Positions 34,788-43,446 of a DNA stretch of 64,000 nucleotides are shown piece by piece. Source of the stretch: Patescibacteria group bacterium (GTDB taxonomy: Bacteria; Patescibacteriota; Patescibacteriia; Patescibacteriales; UBA12075); assembly GCA_018897195.1 (NCBI GenBank), contig JAHILH010000001.1, positions 476,565-540,564 of the forward strand. Direction: 5' to 3'. Position 1 is the first letter of the stretch. Every line of letters begins with the position of its first letter. Under the pieces are notes generated by a model that did not search any database, was not told the origin of the DNA, and worked only from the letters and a program-made list of their open reading frames with translations. The position numbers were made by a program, and so were the translations under genes.

Positions 34788-35244
34788 GCGTTTTTATTTC
34801 CAGGGGAATTCCGTATTGATTAATCTCTATGCCTCTTTTTTCACCACCAAAATTAAATTCCACTTGCCCTATTGCATCCGGATCACCAGCACTTTGTGTG
34901 TAATTTATATCATTAGCTGGAATCGTTGTTGAAATGGTTACGCCTGGTTCCAAATTCAAAACTTGGTCATAGACCTCATCACGAATGAAAAACGAAGGAC
35001 CTTGATATAAAACAACTTTATGGTTACCGGGATCAAAATACACGCCGTGATTAGCTCCCCGCAAGCCGGCTCGACTCTGCTCCCGCGCTGAACGCAAAAA
35101 ATCAACCGCCTGGGCCAAACTTTCATCTAATTTTGTTGACGCTTGCAGATTACCGTATAACGGAATTGAAATAACCGAAATCGAAATGGTTAAACCAATA
35201 GTTATTAACAATTCAATTAATGAAAAGCCTTGTTTGTTTTTCAT
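34774..35244 (-). CDS. type IV pilin-like protein (GspH/FimT-like)
   Basis: Start set at the ATG at plus 35242-35244 (MKNKQGFSLIELLITIGL). It carries a prepilin cleavage/methylation motif. Confidence 0.75.
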   Translation of the reverse strand: MKNKQGFSLIELLITIGLTISISVISIPLYGNLQASTKLDESLAQAVDFLRSAREQSRAGLRGANHGVYFDPGNHKVVLYQGPSFFIRDEVYDQVLNLEPGVTISTTIPANDINYTQSAGDPDAIGQVEFNFGGEKRGIEINQYGIPLEIKTHVEI

Positions 35245-35421
35245 AAAAGCAAAAAACACCCTCAAAACAAGCACCCTTCCCCTCCTTTTTTCCTCCTTGC
35301 TTATGAGCATACTTTATGAGAATATTATAACACAAATAGCAACGAAAAACAAAATATTTTCAAAACAAAAAAAATACCATTCATTGTAAATGGGATTTTT
35401 AAAAAATCTATATTAAACAAC

Positions 35422-36165
35422 CTAGTTAAGGTGGTATTTTTCGAAAAATTTTATAACCAAATCAATCTCTACCTGCACCCTTTCTTCAATTTCAAGCTTT
35501 AAAATATTAGCGAAACTATTTTCCAAAATTTTCCGTAATAAAATAACAGCCTCAATTGAAACTAAAATATTATATTTTCGCTCTTCTGGAAGGGCGCTCA
35601 CACAGTGCTCACACTCCAACCCACCCTTCTTGGCATTAAAATATAATTTTTTCGACTGATCAATTTGGCCACAGCCAAGGCATGTATTCAAAATTGGTTG
35701 ATAGCCGAGCAAGGACATTAATTTAAAAATAAAAAATCCATAGTCTTTTTGTGTAGTCGAACATTCATCTTTCTCGACTGCTTTAACGGAATTTAGGCTG
35801 CTCAAAAAATCGACCAATAGAAAAAAAATGTTTTCATCTACCTCGTGCGCTTTCACAACTTCACCCACGCGCCGCAAAACTGCACCCGTGCTCATTATCT
35901 TATTATAATCTTCTTTAAGATTGCGAAAACAATCGCGTGCCAAAGCTGAGCCGACATAATCATAGTTCTTTCCTCTGATTATCATAATTTCCACCAATGA
36001 CATCGGTTCTAGATGCGCCGCCAACTTCGACTTTGCCTTCTTTGTTCCCCGCGCAATCAGCTCCATTAAACCCTTTTCTTGACTATAAACCAAAACACGA
36101 CCATCGGTTTCCCGAAAGTCGTCTCTTTTCAAAATTATACCCTGGATATTGAAGGTTTCGTTCAT
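35422..36165 (-). CDS. recO: DNA repair protein RecO
   Basis: 247 aa. An OB-fold N-terminus (GIILKRDDFRETDGRVLVYS...IARGTKKAKSKL) and a Zn-finger (CLGCG...CEHC). Confidence 0.85.
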   Translation of the reverse strand: MNETFNIQGIILKRDDFRETDGRVLVYSQEKGLMELIARGTKKAKSKLAAHLEPMSLVEIMIIRGKNYDYVGSALARDCFRNLKEDYNKIMSTGAVLRRVGEVVKAHEVDENIFFLLVDFLSSLNSVKAVEKDECSTTQKDYGFFIFKLMSLLGYQPILNTCLGCGQIDQSKKLYFNAKKGGLECEHCVSALPEERKYNILVSIEAVILLRKILENSFANILKLEIEERVQVEIDLVIKFFEKYHLN

Positions 36166-36536
36166 ATCGAATCAAAATAACTTTGCAAAATCTCCATCGC
36201 CGCAATCTCATCGCGCGAAGCTTTTGTTTTTTTGTCACCGATGCGAGCATCACCAGCCTTACTTGATAAGCGTTCGTCAACCTCTTTAATTGGAATATCA
36301 ATTGCCTGTTTCAAACTTTCCAAAAAATCCGCAAATCTTTGCGGGAGCTTGTGCGTCACGTCGGAAATCGAATAAGGCACGCCAATGACCACCACTTCAA
36401 TCTCTTCGCTCTTAATGATTTTCACCAACTCTCGAAAATCATTGGCAACCTTAAAAGGTGAAGCGAGTTTTACTTCGTCTTCACCTATGGCCAAACCAAT
36501 TCTTTTTTCCCCCCAATCAACGCCTAAATATTTCAT
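36162..36536 (-). CDS. ruvX: Holliday junction resolvase-like protein RuvX/YqgF
   Basis: 124 aa. MKYLGVDWGEKRIGLAIGE is typical of YqgF. Confidence 0.85.
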   Translation of the reverse strand: MKYLGVDWGEKRIGLAIGEDEVKLASPFKVANDFRELVKIIKSEEIEVVVIGVPYSISDVTHKLPQRFADFLESLKQAIDIPIKEVDERLSSKAGDARIGDKKTKASRDEIAAMEILQSYFDSI

Positions 36537-36570
36537 AGATTATTTATTTTAATTTTCATTCCTGGTTAGA

Positions 36571-36609
36571 CTGCCCCTCACCCCGACCCTCTCCCGCGGG
36601 GCGAGGGAG
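36571..36609 (+). repeat. Family-A repeat, forward copy (intergenic)
   Basis: Sequence ctgcccctcaccccgaccctctcccgcggggcgagggag. It shares the extended 5' flank agactgcccc with the copy at 63304. Confidence 0.9.
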
Positions 36610-36618
36610 AATTAAAAA

Positions 36619-36867
36619 TTATTTCTTCTTTTTAATTGCATTAATACCGATAATCGTGCCCAAGACAGCCGCCGCCCCGGCGACACCAGCCAATACCTGA
36701 TGCTTGGTTTTTTCATCGGTCTTCGCATATTTGTCTTTGGCCAGTTTCACTAATTTTTCAATTTGTACAATACCTTCGTTAATTTTTTCAGTCACCACGT
36801 CTTTTATCTCATTTTTTTCGCCTACTTTTGGCTTGCAACTTCGACAAGCGGTTTTTTTGACTACCAT
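36619..36867 (-). CDS. hypothetical small protein with C-terminal membrane anchor
   Basis: 82 aa. Helical N-terminus and a C-terminal hydrophobic segment, LAGVAGAAAVLGTIIGINAI. Confidence 0.5.
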   Translation of the reverse strand: MVVKKTACRSCKPKVGEKNEIKDVVTEKINEGIVQIEKLVKLAKDKYAKTDEKTKHQVLAGVAGAAAVLGTIIGINAIKKKK

Positions 36868-36926
36868 ATTTTTAGAGTTAGTTTATAAAGATAATTCTAT
36901 TATATTAATAAAAGATTAAGATAAAA

Positions 36927-37709
36927 TTAAAAAGCTGTAATCACCTCACAACCATCATCGGTCACTGCGACCGTATGTTCAAAATGAGCGCTCACGCTAC
37001 CATCAGTGGTTACGATTGTAAAACCGTCATTGGCATTTCTAACTTGATATTTTCCAATATTAACCATCGGCTCAATCGCGATTGTCATGCCAGATTTCAA
37101 AATAATGTTATCCATACTCTTCTTGGGGATTTCAAAATTTGGTACTTGGGGCGCCTCATGAACGCCGTGTCCAACCCCATGACCAACTAAGTCACGAACC
37201 ACGGAATAACCACGTGCCTCAACATATCTCTGTACGGCTATGCCAATCTCGCGAATTTCCGCTCCCGCTCTTACCTTGCTAATCGCTAACTCCAAAGACT
37301 TCTTTGTTGCCTCCAGTAGATTTAAAATCTTTTTATCAACTACGCCCACTGGTACCGTAATTGCCATATCTGTAAACATCCCATTTTTGGCCGGATACTC
37401 CATACCAATATCAATTCCAATAACATCCCCTTTTTTTAAGATCCTGGCTGGTATTGCTGGACCATGAACAACCTCACTATTTATCGAAGTGCACAATGCA
37501 GTCGGAAAAGGCTTTGCACTACCCACCTTATATCCCTTAAAAGCTGGTCTACCTCCTGCCGCCAAAATCAACCGATTAGCTTCTTTTTCGAGATCTGCAG
37601 TACTCACGCCTGGTTTCACCATGTCGCCTAATTTAGCCAAAATACTAGACAATATATTACCCCCCTCGCGCATAATCGCAATTTCTTCTTTTGTTTTAAT
37701 TGTTATCAT
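36927..37709 (-). CDS. map: type I methionine aminopeptidase
   Basis: 260 aa. Metal ligand contexts are present: VHG, DIGMEY, GHGVGHGVHE, AIEP, HFEHT. Confidence 0.93.
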   Translation of the reverse strand: MITIKTKEEIAIMREGGNILSSILAKLGDMVKPGVSTADLEKEANRLILAAGGRPAFKGYKVGSAKPFPTALCTSINSEVVHGPAIPARILKKGDVIGIDIGMEYPAKNGMFTDMAITVPVGVVDKKILNLLEATKKSLELAISKVRAGAEIREIGIAVQRYVEARGYSVVRDLVGHGVGHGVHEAPQVPNFEIPKKSMDNIILKSGMTIAIEPMVNIGKYQVRNANDGFTIVTTDGSVSAHFEHTVAVTDDGCEVITAF

Positions 37710-37775
37710 ATTTTTAAATATTTAATTTCGATACAGATTTTTTATCATATTTAAGATAAATATGCAAGAAAATTA

Positions 37776-38870
37776 CTAATTCTGCACATTGCCCGTCATC
37801 TTATAGATAGGTGTGATAATAGCAATCGCCAAACCACCAACCATTAAACCAATAAAAATCAAAAGCATCGGCTCAATGGCGGTTGAAAGAGTTTTAGTGG
37901 CATTATTAACCTCAGTTTCATAATAATCAGCCAAATACGTCAATACCTCTTCCAAGCGACCGGAATTTTCACCAATCTTAAGCATGCTCACCAAAAGAGA
38001 CGGAAAAAGATTGCCATGACGACTAAGGTTCTCCGACATTTTGGTTCCTTGCCTAGTCTTCATAGCCAAATCTTCCAAGGCCTTTCGATAATAATAATTA
38101 TCAATCGTATCCTTAGTAATGCGCAAGGCCTCGTCAATATTTAAACCACTTTTTAATAGTGTTCCCAGGGTAGAAGAAAAAATCGTTAAATTTTTATTGC
38201 GGCTAATATTTTTTACAATCGGAATTTGCAAAATTAAATAATCAGACACCGGTTTAAAAAACTTCTGTCTAAATATCCATAATAAAAATATTACCCCCGC
38301 AACAATCATCGGAAAAAGAAGTTTACCTTGTTTTTGGATAATATCAGAAAAAGCGATTAAGACCCGAGTCGACATTGGCAAATCCATACCCAAGCCCTTG
38401 AATAGCGGCGTTATTTTTGGTAAAACGACAAAAGAAATCGCCATAGCTAAAACGAAAGCCAAGGTCAAAACAATCATCGGATATACCATCGCGCCTTTAA
38501 TCTTATCCATCAACTCCTTGTCCTTTTTTAAATGATTAGCCAAGTTATCTAAATTCTCATCCAAGGTTCCCGACGACTCACCCACAAAAACTGTATTTAC
38601 AAAAATAGGTGGAAAAATTTTGGGAAATTTTCCCAGCGAAACTGATAAAGAATTGCCTGCATCAACCGATCGTTTAATCACACCAATAACTTTCTTTAAC
38701 TTTCCTTCAGCCTGTCCGTAGACAATATCCAAAGCCTCTGTAATCGTCAAACCAGACTTCAACATCACGGCCAAATGCTTCGCAAAGGTAATTTTTTGAC
38801 CAAAATTAATACCACCGATACTAATATCCATATCTAGCGCGCTTTTTTTAGGATTGTTTATTTTTTGCAT
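37776..38870 (-). CDS. pilC: type IV pilus / T2SS platform protein (GspF/PilC family)
   Basis: 364 aa. Two GspF-type repeats and three TM segments. ENSGRLEEVL and EPMLLIFIGLMVG are present. Confidence 0.88.
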   Translation of the reverse strand: MQKINNPKKSALDMDISIGGINFGQKITFAKHLAVMLKSGLTITEALDIVYGQAEGKLKKVIGVIKRSVDAGNSLSVSLGKFPKIFPPIFVNTVFVGESSGTLDENLDNLANHLKKDKELMDKIKGAMVYPMIVLTLAFVLAMAISFVVLPKITPLFKGLGMDLPMSTRVLIAFSDIIQKQGKLLFPMIVAGVIFLLWIFRQKFFKPVSDYLILQIPIVKNISRNKNLTIFSSTLGTLLKSGLNIDEALRITKDTIDNYYYRKALEDLAMKTRQGTKMSENLSRHGNLFPSLLVSMLKIGENSGRLEEVLTYLADYYETEVNNATKTLSTAIEPMLLIFIGLMVGGLAIAIITPIYKMTGNVQN

Positions 38871-38902
38871 AAATATCTAATTTTGAATTTCAAATTTTCG
38901 CC

Positions 38903-40594
38903 CTAATCCATGGTGACCCGTACCACTTCCATGATCGTCGTCTCACCATTAAAAATCTTTCTAACCCCATCATGAAGCATGACCGTCATACCCTCTTCTT
39001 TAGCCGCCTTTAAAATCACGTCGCTATTCACGCGATCAATAACCAAGCCACGAATCCTTTCAGTCATTTCCAAAATTTCAAAAACGCCAATACGTCCAGA
39101 AAAACCAGTGTTACCACAAACAGGACAACCCAGACCTTTATAGAAACGCATATTTTTAAAATCTGTCTGTCCTTCTAATTTCAAAATATTTTGAATAGCT
39201 TTACTTTTTTCAATGATTCTCAATTCATCTTCAGATATTTGATAAGAAACGATACACTTGCGGCAAATACGCCGCACCAATCTTTGGGCAATAGCCACAT
39301 TGACTGTCGAGGCGACCAAAAATGGTTCAATGCCCATTTCCAAAAAACGAGGCAAGGTAGTGGCCGCATCATTTGTATGCAAAGTAGACAACACTAAGTG
39401 ACCTGTTAAAGCTGAATTAACGGCAATATTGGCCGTTTCTTCATCACGAATTTCTCCAATCATGATAATGTCTGGATCTTGACGTAAAATTGCCCGCAAA
39501 CCATTAGCAAAGGTTAAATTAGTTTTATTATTTACCTGAATCTGATTAACGCCTTCCACATTATACTCCACCGGATCTTCAATTGAAGAAATATTAATTT
39601 CACGTTTATTTAAGATTTTTAAAATACCATAGACAGTTGTTGTTTTACCGGAACCAGTGGGACCAGTCACCAGAATCATACCGTGCGGATTTTTAATTGT
39701 CTTGTTGATTAATTTCAAATTATCATCAAAAAAACCCAAATCTTCCAAGCCATAGTTGCGATTTTTGGATGACAACAAACGCATCACTACTTTTTCACCA
39801 TTAGCTGTCGGCAAAATCGAAACACGAACATCTAAATCCTCCAAGGCGGTTTTAAAACTAATCTTGCCATCCTGCGCTGCCCGGTGTTCGTCCGTACGCA
39901 TCTTGGCCATGATTTTAATTCTCGACACAATTAATTCTGACAAACTCTTAGGGACATTTAAGACATCGTGCAAAATACCATCGACCCGAAATCGAATCAT
40001 AATCTCATTAATAAAAGGCTCGATATGAATATCAGAGGCTTTGCTTTGGTAGCCATATTCCAAAATTACATCCACGATTTCAACCGTCAATTCATCTTTC
40101 TGAGTAACGGAAATTGATTTATTTTTTAATTTTTGTAGGATTTTTTTGAATTTTTCCTGCGCGCTACCCTTATATTTTCCCAGAGCATATTCCAAGTCAT
40201 GCCTTGTAATATAATATGGAATAATTTTTTTGCCAATCTTTTTCTGGACCAAGTGCATTATCTCAATATCATCCGGATTGGTCATGCCTACCTTGGCAAA
40301 ATTATCATTCTTCTCAAAAACAATTACTCCGCGTGCCCGCGCTACTCTTTCGGGAATTAAATTTAATAATTTTTCATCCAATTTCTCCTCGCGTAAATTA
40401 GCAAAACTAATTTTCAACTCTTCAGCCACAATTTTCCCCAACTGATCTGGTGTCACCAAATTGGTTGACGGCAAATAATCTAAAAGAGAGAGATTTTTTA
40501 AATCCGCCTCTTTTACTACTGTTTCCAGTTTATCCCAGGGAATCAAGTTTGATCCCAACAGTAAAATCTTCAATTGATTATTTGACAACTTCAT
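38903..40594 (-). CDS. pilB: type IV pilus assembly ATPase (GspE/PilB family)
   Basis: 563 aa. Walker A is VTGPTGSGKTTT. Asp and His boxes are present. A tetracysteine motif is present (CRKC...CPVC). Confidence 0.92.
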   Translation of the reverse strand: MKLSNNQLKILLLGSNLIPWDKLETVVKEADLKNLSLLDYLPSTNLVTPDQLGKIVAEELKISFANLREEKLDEKLLNLIPERVARARGVIVFEKNDNFAKVGMTNPDDIEIMHLVQKKIGKKIIPYYITRHDLEYALGKYKGSAQEKFKKILQKLKNKSISVTQKDELTVEIVDVILEYGYQSKASDIHIEPFINEIMIRFRVDGILHDVLNVPKSLSELIVSRIKIMAKMRTDEHRAAQDGKISFKTALEDLDVRVSILPTANGEKVVMRLLSSKNRNYGLEDLGFFDDNLKLINKTIKNPHGMILVTGPTGSGKTTTVYGILKILNKREINISSIEDPVEYNVEGVNQIQVNNKTNLTFANGLRAILRQDPDIIMIGEIRDEETANIAVNSALTGHLVLSTLHTNDAATTLPRFLEMGIEPFLVASTVNVAIAQRLVRRICRKCIVSYQISEDELRIIEKSKAIQNILKLEGQTDFKNMRFYKGLGCPVCGNTGFSGRIGVFEILEMTERIRGLVIDRVNSDVILKAAKEEGMTVMLHDGVRKIFNGETTIMEVVRVTMD

Positions 40595-40611
40595 AAGCCT
40601 CCCTTTTAATT

Positions 40612-40980
40612 TTATTCCTCCATTAACGCCTCCAACACTGTTGCGATAATCTGCTTTTGCGAATAAGAATCTTTTTGCAAATATTTATAAGCCCCCAGCG
40701 CCAGCGCCTCATCAATGTCTTTTTTTTGTGACAAAATTGAGGCCACTAAAACTTTAACATCTTTTAATATTTTGTCTTTTTTAATTTTTGCCAAAAAATC
40801 AAAGCCATTTATACGTGGCGAAACAAGTTCAAGTAAAATTAAATCCGGCTTATTTTCACTAGCCATCTTTAAACCTTCTTCACCATTTGAAGCTAAATCT
40901 ACAGTGATATTCTGTTGATAAAGCTCTGATTGATAAATTGTTTTAGTTGTATTATCTTTTTCAACTACAAGAACTCGCAT
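40612..40980 (-). CDS. single-domain response regulator (receiver)
   Basis: 122 aa. Motifs: MRVLVVEKD, DLILLELVSPRINGF, YKYLQKD. It lies between cheD and pilB. Confidence 0.8.
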   Translation of the reverse strand: MRVLVVEKDNTTKTIYQSELYQQNITVDLASNGEEGLKMASENKPDLILLELVSPRINGFDFLAKIKKDKILKDVKVLVASILSQKKDIDEALALGAYKYLQKDSYSQKQIIATVLEALMEE

Positions 40981-40997
40981 ATTCTAAATTTAAAAAA

Positions 40998-41480
40998 TTA
41001 CATTCTCACCATCACCTCTACCACCCCATTCCCTAAATTAAATTTCGCACTCCGTCCGATGTGACCACCAGTTGATTCTGCCTTAACGGGTACATTTAAT
41101 AATTGTAAAATTTTTTCAGCCGCCTTAACATTTTCATTGCCAATTTTACTGGTATCGAAAACCTTAAACATGCTTGAACCGCCAACAATTTTAGCTTTTA
41201 GATTTTCTTTTTTTGCGCCAGCCCTAATAACATCGTCCACTAATTTAACAATTGCTTCATCAACATATTTACCAATACTATCGCTCTCATCAAATACAAA
41301 AACATCACTTTTTTTAGGAGTAACTCTGGTTGGTAACATAGAATGAACCGCGCCCCCGACCTTATTAAGGCTATCATAAAGACAAACAAAAACACAGGAG
41401 CCTATTCCCGATGTTGTAATAACGGCTCCACTTTTGGCAACAGCCATCTCGCCGGTATTTATATTGATTATCTGGTCCAT
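40998..41480 (-). CDS. cheD: chemoreceptor glutamine deamidase CheD
   Basis: 160 aa. GIGSCVFVCLYD provides the catalytic Cys context. HSMLP and IVGGSSMF are also present. Confidence 0.85.
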   Translation of the reverse strand: MDQIININTGEMAVAKSGAVITTSGIGSCVFVCLYDSLNKVGGAVHSMLPTRVTPKKSDVFVFDESDSIGKYVDEAIVKLVDDVIRAGAKKENLKAKIVGGSSMFKVFDTSKIGNENVKAAEKILQLLNVPVKAESTGGHIGRSAKFNLGNGVVEVMVRM

Positions 41481-41514
41481 GCCCTAAATATTAATTAGTC
41501 GATTATTATTGATC

Positions 41515-42126
41515 TTATTTATACTTATCTTCTATTGCCGCCAAGAGTTTAGCAGTTGCCGCTGGATCAACAATAAATAAAAATTTTGTTCCAACATTTA
41601 ACTCCTTAATATTAAATTTAACTTCAAAAATTAACACTACGCCAGAGACTTTGCCAATTTCAACAGCCACTGAATTCATAATCGAATCTGCTGTGTCGAC
41701 AACCACATCCGCAACGGAATGCAAAAGGCTCATGTTTAAAAACTTAGAAAAGGCCGACAATGAGGCTCCAGCCATAATATTACCAACCTCTTTTACAGCT
41801 GATACCTCTAACTCTTTTTGGCTGCCAGCACAGTCGACATCATCCATTAAAATAGTAGCTATTTTTGACTCATCGCCGTCGGAGAACATAAAAAACATTA
41901 CTCCACTTGCATCGCCATAAATCTTTAAAATAGCCGTTGTTACTTCCTCGTCTTTATTTTCAATAAATTTACTTAAATTTTGAATTTCATCAACATACGC
42001 CCTTGGCACTGATAAATCTACTTTTTTGTGAATCATTTGTGACAAAGCCGTTGAGGCATGGCTGGCACCGATGTTCATAATTTCCTTCAATTGATCGATT
42101 TGGAACTCATCTATTCTTTGTTGCAT
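41515..42126 (-). CDS. cheC: CheC-like CheY-P phosphatase, paralogue 1
   Basis: 203 aa. The first site fits D-x3-E-x2-N-x22-P exactly (DQLKEIMN...DLSVP). The second site is S-x3-E-x2-N and lacks the terminal Pro. Confidence 0.8.
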   Translation of the reverse strand: MQQRIDEFQIDQLKEIMNIGASHASTALSQMIHKKVDLSVPRAYVDEIQNLSKFIENKDEEVTTAILKIYGDASGVMFFMFSDGDESKIATILMDDVDCAGSQKELEVSAVKEVGNIMAGASLSAFSKFLNMSLLHSVADVVVDTADSIMNSVAVEIGKVSGVVLIFEVKFNIKELNVGTKFLFIVDPAATAKLLAAIEDKYK

Positions 42127-42172
42127 ATAATTATCTTGGTTAGCATGTAAAAAAATAATTTTTTACACAATT

Positions 42173-42784
42173 TTAATATTTTAATTTTAAAGCATCTAAC
42201 AATGTCTTTGTTGCCTTCGCATCAATAAAAAACATAAAATTTGTATCTATGTCCTGCTCTCCACTGATACTAAAATCAATTTGAAACATCAATGCCACGC
42301 CCTTCTCACCCACAACCTCGATACCGACCTTTTTAACTACATCAATTAAACTTCCACAAAAAACCTTAGAAAAAGAATGAAGCAAATTTAAATCTAAAAA
42401 TTTGGAAAAGGCGGTCAGTGAAGCGCCAACTAAAACATTACCGAGCTCCTCTACCACCGACGATTCAAGCTCTTTTTTTATTTTCTTATCTTTTATGTAC
42501 TTCAACAATAAATCAATTAATTTTTGCTCATTTTTATGCGAAAACAAAAAATACATCAAGCCATTAATGTCACCAAAGACTTTTATCAAAACCGCTCTTA
42601 CCTGATCATTGGGATTGGTAAAATATTTCTCAATATTATCAATAGTATCAATGTGCGCATATGGAATTGTCAAATCAACTGGCTGTTCAACCATTTGTGA
42701 CAAGGCCGTTGAAGCATGGCTAGCCCCAATATTCATAATTTCTTTCAGTTGATCGATCTGGAATTCACTTATTTCTAATTTCAT
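42173..42784 (-). CDS. cheC: CheC-like CheY-P phosphatase, paralogue 2
   Basis: 203 aa. DQLKEIMNIGASHASTALSQMVEQPVDLTIP fits the motif. The C-terminus FMFFIDAKATKTLLDALKLKY is shared with paralogue 3. Confidence 0.8.
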   Translation of the reverse strand: MKLEISEFQIDQLKEIMNIGASHASTALSQMVEQPVDLTIPYAHIDTIDNIEKYFTNPNDQVRAVLIKVFGDINGLMYFLFSHKNEQKLIDLLLKYIKDKKIKKELESSVVEELGNVLVGASLTAFSKFLDLNLLHSFSKVFCGSLIDVVKKVGIEVVGEKGVALMFQIDFSISGEQDIDTNFMFFIDAKATKTLLDALKLKY

Positions 42785-42830
42785 AAAATTGTCTTTGATT
42801 AATGTGCTATAAATAATTATTCACACAACT

Positions 42831-43442
42831 CTAATATTTTAATTTTAAAGCATCTAATAATGTTTTTGTAGCCTTATCGTCAATAAAAAACATAAAATTA
42901 GTATCCACCTTGTCATCGCCAATCGTAAAATCAATTTGAAACATCAAAACTGTTCCATCCACGCCTACAGCTCCAGCACTGACTCTTTCCACAACCTCCC
43001 TTAGGGTTCCGTCCAACACTTCAGAGGCTGAATGGGGCAAGTTTAAGTTCATAAATTTGGAAAAAGCCGCCAATGACGCCCCTGACAAAATATTACCAAG
43101 CTCTTCAACAACCGTCGCATTTAGCTCATCTTTAATACTTTTGTCTTTTATGCCAAGCAACAATAAATCGGTTAATTTTTTCTTATTTTTATACGAAAAT
43201 AAAAAATACATTGCCCCCTTAATATCACCGGAGACTTTTACCAGAGCCGCACTAATTGTTTCATCACATTGACTATAATATTTATTAACGTTGTTAACTG
43301 TATCCATATGAACAAAGGGTATTGACAATCCCACCGGCTGATTAACCAACCGCGAAAGCGCCGTTGAGGCGTGGCTGGCACCAATATTCATAATCTCCAT
43401 GAGTTGATCAATTTGAATTTCATCCAATTTGGTTTGTAGCAT
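42831..43442 (-). CDS. cheC: CheC-like CheY-P phosphatase, paralogue 3
   Basis: 203 aa. DQLMEIMNIGASHASTALSRLVNQPVGLSIP fits the motif. The 3' end and downstream spacer are near-identical to those of paralogue 2. Confidence 0.8.
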   Translation of the reverse strand: MLQTKLDEIQIDQLMEIMNIGASHASTALSRLVNQPVGLSIPFVHMDTVNNVNKYYSQCDETISAALVKVSGDIKGAMYFLFSYKNKKKLTDLLLLGIKDKSIKDELNATVVEELGNILSGASLAAFSKFMNLNLPHSASEVLDGTLREVVERVSAGAVGVDGTVLMFQIDFTIGDDKVDTNFMFFIDDKATKTLLDALKLKY

Positions 43443-43446
43443 ATTT

